A stretch of DNA of 55,549 nucleotides from Clostridia bacterium (GCA_035647435.1 DASRNM010000014.1:1-55549); one strand, 5' to 3'. Positions 43,472 to 55,007 are shown, counted from the first letter of the stretch. The notes: generated by a model not told the origin, from the letters alone. Program-made: numbers and translations.

Positions 43472-43729
43472 ATGAGCGATAGAAATCTCAGAAAAACCCG
43501 TGTGGGTTATGTTACGAGCAACAAAATGGAAAAAACAGTTGTCGTTGCAGTTAAGGATAAAGTAAAGCATCCGCTTTACAAAAAAGTTATTAACCGCACG
43601 CAGAAGCTTAAAGCGCACGACGAGAACAACGGTTGTGGCATAGGCGACAAAGTGGTTGTAATGGAAACTCGCCCAATCTCGAAGGATAAGAGATGGCGTG
43701 TTGTTGAAATAATCGAAAAAGCCAAGTAA
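43472..43729 (+). CDS. rpsQ: 30S ribosomal protein S17
   Basis: [27 protein letters not shown] after GGGAGG; the ORF-track start at 43448 overlaps rpmC. Confidence 0.93.
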   Translation: MSDRNLRKTRVGYVTSNKMEKTVVVAVKDKVKHPLYKKVINRTQKLKAHDENNGCGIGDKVVVMETRPISKDKRWRVVEIIEKAK

Positions 43730-43758
43730 ATTGGTGCAGTTGTAAGGAGGCAAACACT

Positions 43759-44127
43759 GTGATACAGCAACAGAGTTACCTCAAGGTTGCCGATAATACA
43801 GGTGCTAAGGAAATAATGTGCATCCGTGTTCTTGGCGGAACCGGCAGGAGGTATGCCAATATCGGTGACGTCATCGTTGCTTCTGTTAAAAAAGCAGTGC
43901 CCGGTGGCGTGGTAAAAAAAGGTGAGGTCGTTAGGGCTGTTGTAGTTCGTACAGCAAGCGGCGTTCGGCGAGATGACGGCACATACATTCGCTTTGATGA
44001 GAATGCAGCCGTTATTATAAAAGAAGACAAGAACCCAAGGGGCACACGAATATTTGGTCCGGTGGCAAGAGAGCTAAGAGAAAAGGAATACATTAAAATT
44101 CTCTCGCTTGCTCCGGAAGTCCTTTAA
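43759..44127 (+). CDS. rplN: 50S ribosomal protein L14
   Basis: (V->M)[26 protein letters not shown]; GTG start after AGGAGG. Confidence 0.96.
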   Translation: MIQQQSYLKVADNTGAKEIMCIRVLGGTGRRYANIGDVIVASVKKAVPGGVVKKGEVVRAVVVRTASGVRRDDGTYIRFDENAAVIIKEDKNPRGTRIFGPVARELREKEYIKILSLAPEVL

Positions 44128-44141
44128 TAGGGGGTGCGCAT

Positions 44142-44471
44142 ATGAGTAAAAGTGTTCATGTAAAAACCGGTGATACCGTCGAGGTAATCAACGGCAAATA
44201 TCGCGGGAAACGCGGTAAGGTTATGCAGGTCAGTCCTGTGGAGGGCAAAATCATTGTTGAAGGTGTTAACATCGTTACAAAGCATGTTAAGCCGAAAAAA
44301 ATGGGCGAGCCCGGCGGTATGATTAAGGCAGAAAGTGCTCTTTATGCAGATAAGGTTCAGCTTGTTTGCCCTAAATGCAACAAACCGACAAGGGCAGGTA
44401 GCAAAATTAACGCAAAAGGCAAAAAGGTTCGTACATGTAAAAAGAGCGATTGCCTGGCGGAATTTGAATAA
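44142..44471 (+). CDS. rplX: 50S ribosomal protein L24
   Basis: KOW motif VKTGDTVEVINGKYRGKRGKVMQV. Confidence 0.94.
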   Translation: MSKSVHVKTGDTVEVINGKYRGKRGKVMQVSPVEGKIIVEGVNIVTKHVKPKKMGEPGGMIKAESALYADKVQLVCPKCNKPTRAGSKINAKGKKVRTCKKSDCLAEFE

Positions 44472-44487
44472 GGGAGGAACATGACAC

Positions 44488-45030
44488 ATGGCAGCAAGGT
44501 TAAAGGAAGCCTATGTTAAAGAGGTTGCGCCTGCAATGATGAAAAAGTTTGGATATAAAAGCGTCATGCAAATCCCGAAGCTTGAGAAGATTGTTATCAA
44601 CGTCGGCTGCGGCGAAGCGAAAGAGAACCCAAAGGTTGTTGACGCTGTCGTTTCAGACATAATGCAAATTACAGGCCAAAAGCCCGTGACTTGCAAGGCG
44701 AAGAAATCAGTCGCTAATTTTAAGCTACGTGAGGGTATGACAGTAGGAGTTAAGGTCACTTTAAGGGGCAAAAGGATGTATGAATTTCTTGATAGATTCT
44801 TCAACCTGGCACTTCCGAGAGTGAGAGACTTCAGGGGTATTAATCCCAACTCATTTGATGGTAGAGGAAACTACTCGTTAGGAATAAAAGAGCAGTTGAT
44901 TTTTCCAGAGATTGATTATGATAAGGTTGACAAAGTTCGAGGAATGGACGTTTGTCTTATCACAACAGCTAAAACAGACGAAGAAGCACGAGAGCTTTTG
45001 GCTCTTATGGGTGCTCCGTTTGCGAGATAA
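44488..45030 (+). CDS. rplE: 50S ribosomal protein L5
   Basis: [37 protein letters not shown]. Confidence 0.96.
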   Translation: MAARLKEAYVKEVAPAMMKKFGYKSVMQIPKLEKIVINVGCGEAKENPKVVDAVVSDIMQITGQKPVTCKAKKSVANFKLREGMTVGVKVTLRGKRMYEFLDRFFNLALPRVRDFRGINPNSFDGRGNYSLGIKEQLIFPEIDYDKVDKVRGMDVCLITTAKTDEEARELLALMGAPFAR

Positions 45031-45042
45031 GGAGGGGAAAAA

Positions 45043-45228
45043 GTGGCCAAGAAATCACTGAAAATTAAGCAGGCAAGGCCCGCTAAGTACTCAACAAGAA
45101 GTTATAACAGATGCAAAATCTGCGGAAGGCCGCATGCCTATCTTCGTAAATACGGAGTATGCCGTATTTGTTTCAGGGAATTAGCCCATGCAGGGCAGAT
45201 TCCTGGCGTGAAGAAAGCAAGCTGGTAA
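45043..45228 (+). CDS. rpsZ: 30S ribosomal protein S14, type Z (zinc-binding, 61 aa)
   Basis: [20 protein letters not shown] provides the CxxC...CxxC zinc motif; GTG start. Confidence 0.94.
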   Translation: MAKKSLKIKQARPAKYSTRSYNRCKICGRPHAYLRKYGVCRICFRELAHAGQIPGVKKASW

Positions 45229-45256
45229 TAGAGCAATTGCAAAGGAGGTTGACGGT

Positions 45257-45655
45257 ATGCAAATCACTGATTCCATCGCCGATATGTTGACGAGAATACG
45301 CAATGCTAACTCGGCAAAGCATGATACGGTGAAAATTCCCGCATCCAACATGAAAAAATCGGTTGCTCAGATTCTTGTTGATGAGGGTTATGTTAAAGGC
45401 TTTAAAGTTGAAGATGACGGAAAACAAGGTGTAATAGAAGTTAAATTAAAATATGGCCCGAATAAATCTCAGGTCATCACTGGGTTACGCAGAGTATCAA
45501 AACCGGGTCTTCGTATTTATTCAAATTGTGAGGATATTCCACAGGTCATGAAAGGCCTTGGGATTGCTATCCTCTCAACATCAAAAGGCATAATGACTGA
45601 CAGGGATGCGCGCAAGGCCAAAGTTGGCGGCGAAGTCCTTGCATTCGTCTGGTAA
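45257..45655 (+). CDS. rpsH: 30S ribosomal protein S8
   Basis: [25 protein letters not shown]. Confidence 0.96.
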   Translation: MQITDSIADMLTRIRNANSAKHDTVKIPASNMKKSVAQILVDEGYVKGFKVEDDGKQGVIEVKLKYGPNKSQVITGLRRVSKPGLRIYSNCEDIPQVMKGLGIAILSTSKGIMTDRDARKAKVGGEVLAFVW

Positions 45656-45670
45656 GGAGGTGCTGTTACA

Positions 45671-46216
45671 ATGTCACGAATAGGAAAAATGCCGATAACA
45701 ATTCCTGCGGGAGTTGACGTAACAATTAGCGGCAGCACTGTTACAGCTAAGGGCCCAAAGGGCACGCTTACCGGAACAGTGCACAAGAATATGTTATTAA
45801 AGAAGGACGGAGACACAATTATTGTTAACCGTCCAAATGATACAAAACTGAATAGGTCTCTTCACGGGTTGACAAGATCACTTGTCGCAAACATGGTTGC
45901 CGGTGTTAACGAGGGCTATTCAAAGACACTTGAAGTAAACGGAGTCGGCTATCGTGCCGCAAAGCAGGGTAGTAATCTTGTCCTCAACGTTGGTTACTCT
46001 CATCAGGTTATAGTACCTGAAATTGAGGGAATTACTGTTGATGTTCCTGCAGCAAACAAGATTGTTATTTCAGGTCCCGATAAACAGAAGGTCGGTCAGT
46101 TTGCAGCTGAGGTACGTGAAAAGCGTCTCCCCGAGCCATATAAAGGCAAGGGAATAAAATATGCAAACGAATACATCCGCCGCAAGGAAGGCAAGGCCGG
46201 CAAGGGCGGCAAATAG
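45671..46216 (+). CDS. rplF: 50S ribosomal protein L6
   Basis: [33 protein letters not shown]. Confidence 0.96.
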   Translation: MSRIGKMPITIPAGVDVTISGSTVTAKGPKGTLTGTVHKNMLLKKDGDTIIVNRPNDTKLNRSLHGLTRSLVANMVAGVNEGYSKTLEVNGVGYRAAKQGSNLVLNVGYSHQVIVPEIEGITVDVPAANKIVISGPDKQKVGQFAAEVREKRLPEPYKGKGIKYANEYIRRKEGKAGKGGK

Positions 46217-46240
46217 TCTTAATTAAAGGAGTGAAAACTT

Positions 46241-46600
46241 ATGGTTAACAAACAGAACAACAATAAAACTAGACAGCAACGCCATAAGAGAGTGCGTGGC
46301 AAAATCAGCGGCACAGCTGAGTGTCCTCGCCTTAATGTCTATCGTTCCTTACAGAACACCTACGCTCAGTTAATAGACGATGTTAAGGGTGAAACCCTTG
46401 TGTCCGCATCAACTGTTGAGAAGGACTTTAAGGAATACGGCGGAAACAAATCCGCTGCCCGTAAAGTGGGCGAATTGTTGGCGAAGCGCGCTGTGGAAAA
46501 AGATATTTCAAAAATAGTTTTTGACCGCAGTGGCTATATATATCACGGCCGTGTGCAAGAGCTGGCCGAAGGCGCCCGCGAGGGCGGCCTCAAGTTCTAA
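46241..46600 (+). CDS. rplR: 50S ribosomal protein L18
   Basis: [26 protein letters not shown]...[26 protein letters not shown]. Confidence 0.95.
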   Translation: MVNKQNNNKTRQQRHKRVRGKISGTAECPRLNVYRSLQNTYAQLIDDVKGETLVSASTVEKDFKEYGGNKSAARKVGELLAKRAVEKDISKIVFDRSGYIYHGRVQELAEGAREGGLKF

Positions 46601-46618
46601 GAAGAGGAGGTAATACTT

Positions 46619-47119
46619 TTGGCTAAGATGAATGCTTCAGCTACGGAGCTAACCGAGCGCGTTGTATCCATTAACCGTGTTGCAAAAACAGTTAAGGGCG
46701 GACGCATCTTCAAGTTTTCAGCTCTTGTTGTCGTCGGTGACGGCAATGGCACTGTAGGCTTTGGTTTGGGCAAATCAGGAGAAGTTCCGGATGCTATCCG
46801 TAAGGGTATTGAGAATGCTAAGAAGAACATGTTTAAAGTTGCACTTAAAGGCACAACTATTCCCCATGAAATAATAGGGAAATTTGGTGCAGGTGAGGTT
46901 CTTTTAAAGCCCGCTGCCCCCGGTACAGGAGTTATCGCAGGTGGCCCAGTGCGTGCTGTTGTTGAAACAGCAGGCATAAAGGATATCCGTTCAAAGGCAT
47001 TGCGCTCGAATAACCCCTGCAATGTCGTCAGAGCAACACTTCAAGGGCTTGCACAGCTCAGAAATGCTGACGAAGTTGCAGAGATTCGTGGCAAGTCCGT
47101 TAGTGATATTTTAGATTAA
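46619..47119 (+). CDS. rpsE: 30S ribosomal protein S5
   Basis: [40 protein letters not shown]; TTG start 8 nt after GGAGG. Confidence 0.95.
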   Translation: MAKMNASATELTERVVSINRVAKTVKGGRIFKFSALVVVGDGNGTVGFGLGKSGEVPDAIRKGIENAKKNMFKVALKGTTIPHEIIGKFGAGEVLLKPAAPGTGVIAGGPVRAVVETAGIKDIRSKALRSNNPCNVVRATLQGLAQLRNADEVAEIRGKSVSDILD

Positions 47120-47133
47120 GGAGGGTGGACGAT

Positions 47134-47340
47134 ATGGCAAAATCAAAACAAATTCAAATTGAGCTTGTCAGAAGCTTGATTGGTAGTAAAAAAGATCAGA
47201 TTGCCACCGCCCATGCACTCGGTCTTCATAAAATTGGGGATGTAGCGGTTCAACCCGATATCCCCGCCACACAAGGTAAGGTGAGAAAGATTTCACACCT
47301 TATCAAGGTTAGTGAAGCCACGCAAGGAGGTGCGAAATAA
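47134..47340 (+). CDS. rpmD: 50S ribosomal protein L30
   Basis: [35 protein letters not shown] after AAGGAGGG; the ORF-track GTG 47125 overlaps the RBS. Confidence 0.92.
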   Translation: MAKSKQIQIELVRSLIGSKKDQIATAHALGLHKIGDVAVQPDIPATQGKVRKISHLIKVSEATQGGAK

Positions 47341-47783
47341 TGAAATTGCACGAGCTTTCACCGACGCCAGGTTCGAAAAAGGAACGTAAGCGTGTCGGCA
47401 GAGGTATATCAGCAGGTCAGGGTAAAACCGCCGGCAGAGGGCATAAAGGTCAAAAAGCACGTGCCGGTAGAGGCATGCATCCTGGTTTTGAAGGCGGTCA
47501 AATGCCCTTGCAAAGAAGAGTACCCAAGAGAGGCTTCGTAAACATTTTCCGCAAGGAAATGACAATAGTAAACGTTGCTGCCTTGGAGAAGCATTTTGCA
47601 GACGGCGCAGTTGTTAATGTTGAGGCACTCATTCAAGCAGGCCTTGTTAAAAAGGTCATGGATGGTGTTAAGATTTTGGGCAAAGGCGAGATTTCCAAGA
47701 AACTTACCGTCGAAGCCAATGCTTTTTCCGAAACTGCTAAACAAAAGATTGAGGCAGCTGGCGGAAAGGCAGAGGTGATATAA
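47340..47783 (+). CDS. rplO: 50S ribosomal protein L15
   Basis: [43 protein letters not shown]. Confidence 0.96.
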   Translation: MKLHELSPTPGSKKERKRVGRGISAGQGKTAGRGHKGQKARAGRGMHPGFEGGQMPLQRRVPKRGFVNIFRKEMTIVNVAALEKHFADGAVVNVEALIQAGLVKKVMDGVKILGKGEISKKLTVEANAFSETAKQKIEAAGGKAEVI

Positions 47784-49142
47784 TTGTTACGTACCTTTGT
47801 AAATGCATGGAAAATTCCGGATTTGCGTAAAAAGTTGCTTTTCACCGCATTCATTATTTTGGTTTTCAGAATCGGTTCGGCAATTCCCGTTCCGTTTGTT
47901 GATATCATTGAAGGCGGAATAGTTCAAGGCGCAGCAGAAGGAACATTCATGGAATATCTGAGCCTGATGACAGGTAGTGCTTTTAACTACGGTACTATTT
48001 TCGCAATGTCAATCACACCGTACATTAACGCATCAATTATTATGCAGTTGTTGACGGTTGCAATCCCCGCACTTGAAAGACTTCAAAAAGAAGGCGAGGA
48101 AGGCCGAAAAAAGATAGCTGCAATAACTCGCTATGTTACCATCGGTCTTGGGTTGATGCAGAGTACAGCTTACTATATGTATCTGCGCAATCAAAATTTC
48201 CTTGCAACAAATTCAAACGGTGTAGCCTATGCGGGCGGTTGGGCATTTTTCCAGGCAATAGTCATTGTTTTCGCTTTTACAGCGGGAACGGCACTTATTA
48301 TGTGGCTGGGTGAACAGATTAACGATAAGGGTATCGGCAACGGTATTTCAATAATCCTTTTTGCCGGCATCGTTTCAAGAATCCCGTCACTTGTTGCACA
48401 GCTTTATAGCCCTGATATTTCAGTTGGTTATCTTATGCGCCATGAGGCATTTTACATTCTTTCACCGCTTGTCGGCGTTATATTGTTGCTGATGGTAGTG
48501 TATATCGTATGGATGGATAATGCAGAGAGAAGGCTGCCGGTTCAGTACGCAAAGCGTGTTGTCGGTCGCAAGATGTATGGCGGTCAAAACACACATATTC
48601 CGATTAAGGTCAATATGACAGGTGTTTTGCCAATTATCTTCGCAAGCTCAATTCTTTCACTTCCGCCAACGGTTCAAATGTTTGTAGATGTTGCCGAAGG
48701 CAGCAGATGGAATTCTTTCTTTAGTATTTTTTCATCCCAACATTGGGCATATATAATTATTTATTTCTTCCTTATCATCGGTTTTGCGTATTTCTATTCA
48801 AGCATTCAGTACAACCCGATTGATATGGCAAATAATATTCGTCGCAACGGCGGAGCTATACCGGGGCTAAGACCCGATAGAACAACGTCTGATTACATTG
48901 CAAAGGTTTTGTCAAGAATTACCTTGCTTGGTGCGTTAATGTTGAGTGTTGTTGCGTTGTTCCCAATTATTTTTTCACAGGTTACAACACTTATACTCAC
49001 AAAAGGCATTGGACTCGAAAGCGGCATGAACATTGCTCTTGGCGGTACATCCATCATAATCATGGTCGGTGTTGCCCTTGAGACAGTTAAGCAGCTTGAA
49101 AGCCAGATGATGATGCGTCACTATAAAGGCTTCCTTGATTAA
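47784..49142 (+). CDS. secY: Preprotein translocase subunit SecY
   Basis: 10-TM protein with IPDLRKKLLFTAFIILVFRIGSAIPVP and GEQINDKGIGNGISIILFAGI; TTG start immediately after the rplO stop. Confidence 0.95.
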   Translation: MLRTFVNAWKIPDLRKKLLFTAFIILVFRIGSAIPVPFVDIIEGGIVQGAAEGTFMEYLSLMTGSAFNYGTIFAMSITPYINASIIMQLLTVAIPALERLQKEGEEGRKKIAAITRYVTIGLGLMQSTAYYMYLRNQNFLATNSNGVAYAGGWAFFQAIVIVFAFTAGTALIMWLGEQINDKGIGNGISIILFAGIVSRIPSLVAQLYSPDISVGYLMRHEAFYILSPLVGVILLLMVVYIVWMDNAERRLPVQYAKRVVGRKMYGGQNTHIPIKVNMTGVLPIIFASSILSLPPTVQMFVDVAEGSRWNSFFSIFSSQHWAYIIIYFFLIIGFAYFYSSIQYNPIDMANNIRRNGGAIPGLRPDRTTSDYIAKVLSRITLLGALMLSVVALFPIIFSQVTTLILTKGIGLESGMNIALGGTSIIIMVGVALETVKQLESQMMMRHYKGFLD

Positions 49143-49205
49143 GGGACCTACAAAGCAGGGAAGGCGGGCACAAAAACTGTCCGTCCACGGAGCGGAGGAA
49201 TAAGC

Positions 49206-49955
49206 ATGATAGTGCTCAAAACGAAAAGAGAGCTTTTACTAATAAGAGAAGCTTGCAGAGTTTCGGCTGGGGCATTAAGAGTAGCGGGAGAGGCGGTCGA
49301 GCCCGGTGTAACTACCGCAGAGATTGACCGAATAGCCTATAAATATATAGTTTCCAAAGGCGCCGAACCGGCATTTTTGAACTATGGTGGTTTTCCAGCT
49401 ACAGCGTGCATTTCCATAAACGATGAGGTTATTCATGGAATCCCGAGCAAGAAGCGTGTGATTAAAGAGGGCGACCTTGTCAGCATTGACTTGGGAGCCA
49501 GGCTACATGGATATGTCGGTGATAATGCCGCCACTTTCGCTGCGGGGAGAATTAGTTCCGAGGCGAAGCGGCTGAGCGACACAACACGAGAGAGCCTTTA
49601 TAAGGGCATTCGTGCGGCGGTTGCCGGTGGCAGAGTTGGAGACATTGGTGCAGCGGTTCAACGCTATTGCGAGGAAAGAGGCTTCTCGGTTGTCAGGGAT
49701 TATACCGGGCACGGAGTGGGAGCGAAGCTTCATGAAGACCCCAGTGTACCAAATTTCGGCACACCCGGTCGTGGTGTGCGCCTGTTACCGGGCATGACAA
49801 TTGCCATTGAACCAATGATTAATCAAGGTGTTGCAGACACGAAACGGTTGTCAGACGGTTGGACGGTCAAAACCCGTGACGGAAAGCTTTCCGCCCACTT
49901 TGAGCATACCGTTGCCATCACGGCTGACGGGCCAAAGATTCTTACGTTAGAGTAG
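49206..49955 (+). CDS. map: Type I methionyl aminopeptidase
   Basis: IHGIPS..., VSIDLGA..., YTGHGVG, and EPMINQG...FEHTV metal ligands. Confidence 0.94.
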   Translation: MIVLKTKRELLLIREACRVSAGALRVAGEAVEPGVTTAEIDRIAYKYIVSKGAEPAFLNYGGFPATACISINDEVIHGIPSKKRVIKEGDLVSIDLGARLHGYVGDNAATFAAGRISSEAKRLSDTTRESLYKGIRAAVAGGRVGDIGAAVQRYCEERGFSVVRDYTGHGVGAKLHEDPSVPNFGTPGRGVRLLPGMTIAIEPMINQGVADTKRLSDGWTVKTRDGKLSAHFEHTVAITADGPKILTLE

Positions 49956-49965
49956 GAGGTAGGCA

Positions 49966-50232
49966 GTGTTCAAGATAGGTAGCGTGGTTAAATCACTTAC
50001 AGGGCGGGACAAGAACAAACTTATGATTGTCGTGGATGTTTCAGGCAAAGGTGTTCTTGTTTGTGACGGAAAAGAGAGGCCGCTTGAACGGCCAAAACTT
50101 AAAAATCCAAAGCATCTAGAACGGACAGAGTTCAGCCTGAACATTATTACAGTAGCAACCAATCGAGCTTTGAGGAAAGCACTCACAGCAATTGAAACGG
50201 AGTGCACGGCGATACCTAAGGGAGGTTTTTAA
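49966..50232 (+). CDS. KOW-domain-containing small RNA-binding protein (between map and infA, as is common in Clostridia)
   Basis: FKIGSVVKSLTGRDKNKLMIVVDV is KOW-like; GTG start after GGAGG. Confidence 0.75.
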   Translation: MFKIGSVVKSLTGRDKNKLMIVVDVSGKGVLVCDGKERPLERPKLKNPKHLERTEFSLNIITVATNRALRKALTAIETECTAIPKGGF

Positions 50233-50451
50233 ATGTCTAAACAGGATATGATCGAGATTGAGGGTACGGTTGTTGATGCCCTTCCGAATGCGTTTTTTAC
50301 AGTTGAGTTAGAGAATGGGCATAGAATATTAGCAAACATTTCCGGCAAGCTTAGGATGAATTACATTCGAATATTGCCTGGAGATAAGGTGACTATCGAA
50401 ATGTCACCATATGATCTAACAAGAGGCCGCATTATTTGGCGCTCTAAGTAA
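50233..50451 (+). CDS. infA: Translation initiation factor IF-1
   Basis: [53 protein letters not shown]. Confidence 0.96.
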   Translation: MSKQDMIEIEGTVVDALPNAFFTVELENGHRILANISGKLRMNYIRILPGDKVTIEMSPYDLTRGRIIWRSK

Positions 50452-50481
50452 GATCTAAAGTAGTTTAAGGAGGGTAACACA

Positions 50482-50595
50482 ATGAAAGTCAGACCTTCTG
50501 TCAAAAAGATTTGCGAGAAATGCAAAATTATTAAGCGCAAGGGAAGAGTAATGGTAATCTGTGAAAATCCCAAGCACAAGCAGCGTCAGGGTTAA
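50482..50595 (+). CDS. rpmJ: 50S ribosomal protein L36
   Basis: Absent from the ORF track (37 aa). My translation is [37 protein letters not shown], after an AAGGAGGG RBS, with stop TAA at 50593-50595. Confidence 0.95.
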   Translation: MKVRPSVKKICEKCKIIKRKGRVMVICENPKHKQRQG

Positions 50596-50632
50596 CCCGA
50601 CGTAAACCATTTAATGGAGGTGCAACTGACAA

Positions 50633-51001
50633 ATGGCGCGTATTTCAGGTGTAGACCTGCCGAGAGATAAAAGGATTGAGATAGCTCTCACCTATATTTT
50701 TGGCGTAGGGAACAAAACAGCAAGCGAGATAATCGCTGCAACAGGTATCAGTCCTGACACGAGAGTCAGGAATTTAAATGAAGATGAAATTTCAAAGCTG
50801 CGTGAGTACATCGACCAGAATTGTAAGGTCGAGGGTGATTTGCGTCGTGAAACAGCGTTTGGCATTAAAAGATTGATAGAAATCGGCTGTTACCGCGGAG
50901 TTCGTCATCGCAAGGGCCTGCCCGTAAGAGGACAGCGCTCCAAAACTAATGCACGCACGCGCAAGGGTCCAAAGAGGACTATTGCTAACAAGAAGAAGTA
51001 A
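50633..51001 (+). CDS. rpsM: 30S ribosomal protein S13
   Basis: [26 protein letters not shown]. Confidence 0.96.
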   Translation: MARISGVDLPRDKRIEIALTYIFGVGNKTASEIIAATGISPDTRVRNLNEDEISKLREYIDQNCKVEGDLRRETAFGIKRLIEIGCYRGVRHRKGLPVRGQRSKTNARTRKGPKRTIANKKK

Positions 51002-51017
51002 GTCAAGGAGGGATAAT

Positions 51018-51425
51018 ATGGCTACCAAAGGTTCCGGTAAAAAAATAACTGGCACACGCAGGCGCCGCGAGCGTAAAAATATCGAGCGTGGTGCTGCCCA
51101 TATACAATCCACCTTCAACAACACCATTGTCACTATTACGGATACACAGGGCAATGCAGTGTCATGGGCAAGTGCTGGCGAAATGGGTTTCAGAGGTTCA
51201 AGGAAGTCAACCCCCTTTGCTGCGCAGACGGCTGCTGAAACGGCTGCTAAGGCCGCAATGGAGCATGGCATGAAACATGTTGAGGTTTATGTTAAGGGCC
51301 CCGGTTCAGGGCGTGAAGCCGCAATCAGGGCGTTGCAGACAGCAGGCTTGGAGGTTAGCATGATTAAAGATGTGACTCCCATACCTCATAATGGCTGCCG
51401 TCCGCCCAAGAGAAGGCGTGTATAA
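51018..51425 (+). CDS. rpsK: 30S ribosomal protein S11
   Basis: ATG 51018 follows AAGGAGGG: MATKGSGKK...[16 protein letters not shown]. The ORF-track start at 50949 is inside rpsM. Confidence 0.95.
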   Translation: MATKGSGKKITGTRRRRERKNIERGAAHIQSTFNNTIVTITDTQGNAVSWASAGEMGFRGSRKSTPFAAQTAAETAAKAAMEHGMKHVEVYVKGPGSGREAAIRALQTAGLEVSMIKDVTPIPHNGCRPPKRRRV

Positions 51426-51452
51426 CCTATTTAAATGGAGGTGTAACCACAA

Positions 51453-52079
51453 ATGGCAAGATATACCGGTGCGGTCTGTAAACTTTGCCGCCGTGAAGGC
51501 AAAAAGCTTTTTTTGAAGGGTGAACGTTGCTATACCGGAAAATGTTCGGTAGAGCGTCGTGCATATGCCCCAGGTCAGCATGGACAGAGCCGCAAAAAGA
51601 CTTCTGAATACGGCTTGCAGCTTCGCGCAAAGCAGCAGGCAAGACGATATTACGGAATTCAGGAGACTCAATTTCACAATTATTTTCTTATGGCTGCACG
51701 CAAATCCGGCGTAACAGGCGAAAACCTGTTGAGGATTTGTGAAAGTCGTCTAGATAACGTTGTTCATCTTTTGGGTTGGGCTAACTCCCGCGCAGAAGCT
51801 AGACAACTCGTAAGACATGCTCACTATCAAGTGAACGGTAAGAAAGTTGACATCCCGTCATACCTTTTAAAGGCAGGCGACACGTTGACAATCAAAAAGA
51901 AGAGCCTCGACAGCGAAAAGATTAAGGCTGTTCTTGAGATGAACGCATCTCGTCCCGTTCCACAGTGGCTTGAAATAGACAGAGAAAACAACTCTGCAAA
52001 GGTTATCAATTTGCCCGAGCGCGAGCAAATTGCAGCACCTGTTGAAGATCATTTAATCGTTGAGTACTATTCTAAATAA
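51453..52079 (+). CDS. rpsD: 30S ribosomal protein S4
   Basis: [26 protein letters not shown]. Confidence 0.96.
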   Translation: MARYTGAVCKLCRREGKKLFLKGERCYTGKCSVERRAYAPGQHGQSRKKTSEYGLQLRAKQQARRYYGIQETQFHNYFLMAARKSGVTGENLLRICESRLDNVVHLLGWANSRAEARQLVRHAHYQVNGKKVDIPSYLLKAGDTLTIKKKSLDSEKIKAVLEMNASRPVPQWLEIDRENNSAKVINLPEREQIAAPVEDHLIVEYYSK

Positions 52080-52150
52080 TAGCTTTTAGCATGTTTGGAT
52101 ATTGGCTCATAAATGCAGGGAAACCTGCAGTCAAACAAGGAGGGTTTTGT

Positions 52151-53101
52151 ATGATAGGAATCGAAAAGCCCAGAATCGAAACCGCTGACCTTTCGGCGGA
52201 TGGAACTTATGGCAAGTTTATTGTTGAACCTCTAGAGAGAGGCTATGGTACAACACTTGGCAACAGCCTTCGTCGCGTACTTTTGTCCTCTTTGCCTGGT
52301 TATGCGATAACTTCTGTCAAAATTGACGGAATACTTCATGAGTTTTCGACAGTCGAAGGTGTTAAAGAAGACGTAACGGAAATTGTTCTTAACCTGAAAA
52401 GTGTTATACTCAAGATGCATGATGAAGGCCCGAGAACGATATATATTGACGCAAAAGGTCCGTGTGATATTACTGCCGGTGATATCAAGACTGACACGGA
52501 GGTTGAAATGCTTTATCCGGATATCCATATAGCATCCCTTGATGCAGGTGCGCACCTAGGCATGGAAATGACATGTGATAAGGGTCGCGGTTATGTTTCG
52601 GCAGAACGTAACAAGCAAATCCTGCAGCCGGCAATCGGCGTGATTGCAATTGATTCAATTTATTCACCTGTTCTTAAGGTCAACTATACAGTCGAGAACA
52701 CGCGTGTCGGTCAAATTACAGACTACGACAAACTTTCAATCGAGTTGTGGACAAACGGAACAATCTCCGCTCAGGAGGCCGTTTCTCTCGGCGCCAAGAT
52801 CCTCAACGAGCATCTCAATCTCTTTATTGACCTCTCTGATGAGGTATCAGATACAGAGATTATGATTGTTAAGAGCGACAATGGCAAAGAAAAGATTTTG
52901 GAGATGACCGTTGAGGAGCTTGACCTTTCTGTGCGCTCCTTCAATTGCCTTAAGAGAGCAGGTATTAATACCGTAGGGGAATTAATCAACAAGACCGAAG
53001 AGGATATGATGAAGGTCAGAAACCTTGGCAGAAAATCGCTTGATGAAGTTGTTTCAAAACTTGCTTCGTTAGAGCTAGAGCTTCGCACCGAGGAAGAGTA
53101 A
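52151..53101 (+). CDS. rpoA: DNA-directed RNA polymerase subunit alpha
   Basis: ATG 52151 follows AAGGAGGG: [10 protein letters not shown]...[31 protein letters not shown]-terminal domain [22 protein letters not shown]. Confidence 0.96.
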   Translation: MIGIEKPRIETADLSADGTYGKFIVEPLERGYGTTLGNSLRRVLLSSLPGYAITSVKIDGILHEFSTVEGVKEDVTEIVLNLKSVILKMHDEGPRTIYIDAKGPCDITAGDIKTDTEVEMLYPDIHIASLDAGAHLGMEMTCDKGRGYVSAERNKQILQPAIGVIAIDSIYSPVLKVNYTVENTRVGQITDYDKLSIELWTNGTISAQEAVSLGAKILNEHLNLFIDLSDEVSDTEIMIVKSDNGKEKILEMTVEELDLSVRSFNCLKRAGINTVGELINKTEEDMMKVRNLGRKSLDEVVSKLASLELELRTEEE

Positions 53102-53138
53102 ATCCCACTACTCAATGCTGTAAAAAGGAGTGATAGTA

Positions 53139-53516
53139 ATGCCCGGTACCAGAAAACTTGGCAGAGCAACAGACCATCGTAGGTCAATGCTCAGAGGACT
53201 GGTAACCTATCTTTTGGATAACGGCAGGATAGAAACCACCGTTACAAGGGCAAAAGAGGTTCGTGCAATGGCAGAGAAAATGATAACAATTGCCAAAGAC
53301 GATTCCCTCCACTCAAAGCGCAAGGTTATGGCATACATTACAAAAGAAGATGTTGTCAGAAAGCTCTTTGATGAAATTGCCCCCCAATATAAGGATGTAA
53401 ATGGCGGATATTGTCGTATAATCAAAACGGGTCCCCGCCGTGGTGATGCTGCAGAAATGTGCATTATCGAGCTGGTAGGCTTTGAAGCCGAAAGCAAAAA
53501 CAAAAAAGATAAGTAA
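53139..53516 (+). CDS. rplQ: 50S ribosomal protein L17
   Basis: [26 protein letters not shown] after AAGGAG; the ORF-track GTG 53130 overlaps the RBS. Confidence 0.94.
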   Translation: MPGTRKLGRATDHRRSMLRGLVTYLLDNGRIETTVTRAKEVRAMAEKMITIAKDDSLHSKRKVMAYITKEDVVRKLFDEIAPQYKDVNGGYCRIIKTGPRRGDAAEMCIIELVGFEAESKNKKDK

Positions 53517-53530
53517 TCCAAATAAAAGCT

Positions 53531-53566
53531 AAAACGCCTCGCTTAATTAAGCGAGGCGTTTTTTAT
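53531..53566. terminator. Strong bidirectional rho-independent terminator closing the alpha operon
   Basis: Perfect 13-bp palindromic stem ACGCCTCGCTTAA/TTAAGCGAGGCGT, followed by TTTTTT and preceded by AAAA. Confidence 0.88.
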
Positions 53567-53583
53567 ATCTTTTTTTATCAGTA

Positions 53584-54993
53584 TTACTCGGCGCAGAAAA
53601 ATGCTTTAAATGCTTTGAATGCCATATAGACATCAAACTTTGCAACGACCTCAAAGGGTGAGTGCATTGAAAGCACAGGGACACCGACATCAACAACATC
53701 GACATTCAGGTTTGCGATGTACATTGCAACTGTCCCCCCGCCACCTTCGTCAACCTTGCCTAATTCACCCATCTGCCAAATAATTTTTTCATCGTCAAAG
53801 ATTTTTCTGATCTTGCCAACAAACTCTGCAGAAGCGTCCGAAGTGCCACTTTTGCCTCTTGCACCCGTATATTTCGTTACACAAATCCCCTTATTTAAGT
53901 ATGCCGCATTCATCTTCTCAAGCACTGTTGGGAATGTGGGGTCAAAGCCAGCGTTCACATCAGCTGAAAGGCATTCCGAGCGGGTTAAAACATCCCTACC
54001 GTCAAAACCCTCAAGAGCTGAAAGGTCTTCTATAAAATATTGCAAATAGGCTGATTTAAGCCCTGTGTTTCCGTCGCTCCCGGTCTCCTCCTTATCGGTA
54101 AGAACTGTTATGCTTGTGTACTCAGGCACACCGCAATCCAATGCTGCCATGAATGAAGGGTATGCACAAACTCTGTCATCTTGCCCGTAGCTACCTATCA
54201 TGCTTCTATCAAAACCAATGTCCCATGCCTTATAGGCTGGTACAAATTCAAGCTCAGCGCTTCTGAAATCGGCCTCTATAATGCCGTATTTTTCATTTAA
54301 TATATTTAATATATTGAGTTTTACAAGCTCACTACCCTTATCGCTTTTGAAAGGTCGGCTGCCGATGAGAATATTCAACTCTTCACCTTCAATAGCGTCG
54401 GCCAGAGGCTTTTTCATCTGTTCTTTGGCAAGGTGGGGGAGTAAATCGGTTATCACAAATTTAGGTTCGTCATCGCCCTCACCCAGGGTGATGTTTATTT
54501 TTGTGCCGTCACCAAGGATAACAACGCCATGCATAGCCAAGGGTATAGCGGTCCACTGATATTTTTTGATTCCACCGTAGTAGTGAGTTTTAAAATATGC
54601 AAGCTCCGAATCCTCATAAACTGGGTTGGGCTTCAAGTCAATTCTCGGTGAGTCAATGTGAGCGGCGACAATTCTGACACCCTCACTGATGGATTTTTTG
54701 CCAAAGACGGCAAACATGATTGCTTTACCTCTGTTTGCTCTGAAAACCCTGTCGCCTGTATTGTATTTTTTGTTTTTATCAAACTCTACAAATCCGTTCT
54801 TTTTAGCAAGGCTTTCAAAATAATCTGCGCACTCACGCTCTGTTTTGCATGAGCTCAAAAAGCGTTTATAGTCTTCACAAAAATCATCTGCTGCCTTTTG
54901 TTCCTCGTCTGATAGAAGCTGCCCAGAATGGACAGATTTTACGCACAGCTTTTCAGCTAAAAGCTCAGCGGTGGTCTTTTCGTTTTCTGCCAT
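53584..54993 (-). CDS. M18-family aminopeptidase (aminopeptidase 1 / aspartyl aminopeptidase-like)
   Basis: AAHIDSPRIDLKPNP motif, DKEETGS, and C-terminal LSMHSPFE. ATG 54993 lies 7 nt after GGAGG; the ORF-track TTG 55011 is upstream of that RBS. Confidence 0.85.
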   Translation of the reverse strand: MAENEKTTAELLAEKLCVKSVHSGQLLSDEEQKAADDFCEDYKRFLSSCKTERECADYFESLAKKNGFVEFDKNKKYNTGDRVFRANRGKAIMFAVFGKKSISEGVRIVAAHIDSPRIDLKPNPVYEDSELAYFKTHYYGGIKKYQWTAIPLAMHGVVILGDGTKINITLGEGDDEPKFVITDLLPHLAKEQMKKPLADAIEGEELNILIGSRPFKSDKGSELVKLNILNILNEKYGIIEADFRSAELEFVPAYKAWDIGFDRSMIGSYGQDDRVCAYPSFMAALDCGVPEYTSITVLTDKEETGSDGNTGLKSAYLQYFIEDLSALEGFDGRDVLTRSECLSADVNAGFDPTFPTVLEKMNAAYLNKGICVTKYTGARGKSGTSDASAEFVGKIRKIFDDEKIIWQMGELGKVDEGGGGTVAMYIANLNVDVVDVGVPVLSMHSPFEVVAKFDVYMAFKAFKAFFCAE

Positions 54994-55007
54994 TTCAATT
55001 CCTCCGT

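Noticed and set aside
42829-43472. Long antisense ORFs within rplP/rpmC (42829-43245, 43008-43472), and similar ones in rpsE (46597-47022), rpsM/rpsK (50792-51271) and rpoA (52771-53187)
   Set aside because: They lie opposite highly conserved ribosomal and RNAP genes and have no RBS. Such shadow ORFs are typical on the antisense strand of highly expressed genes.
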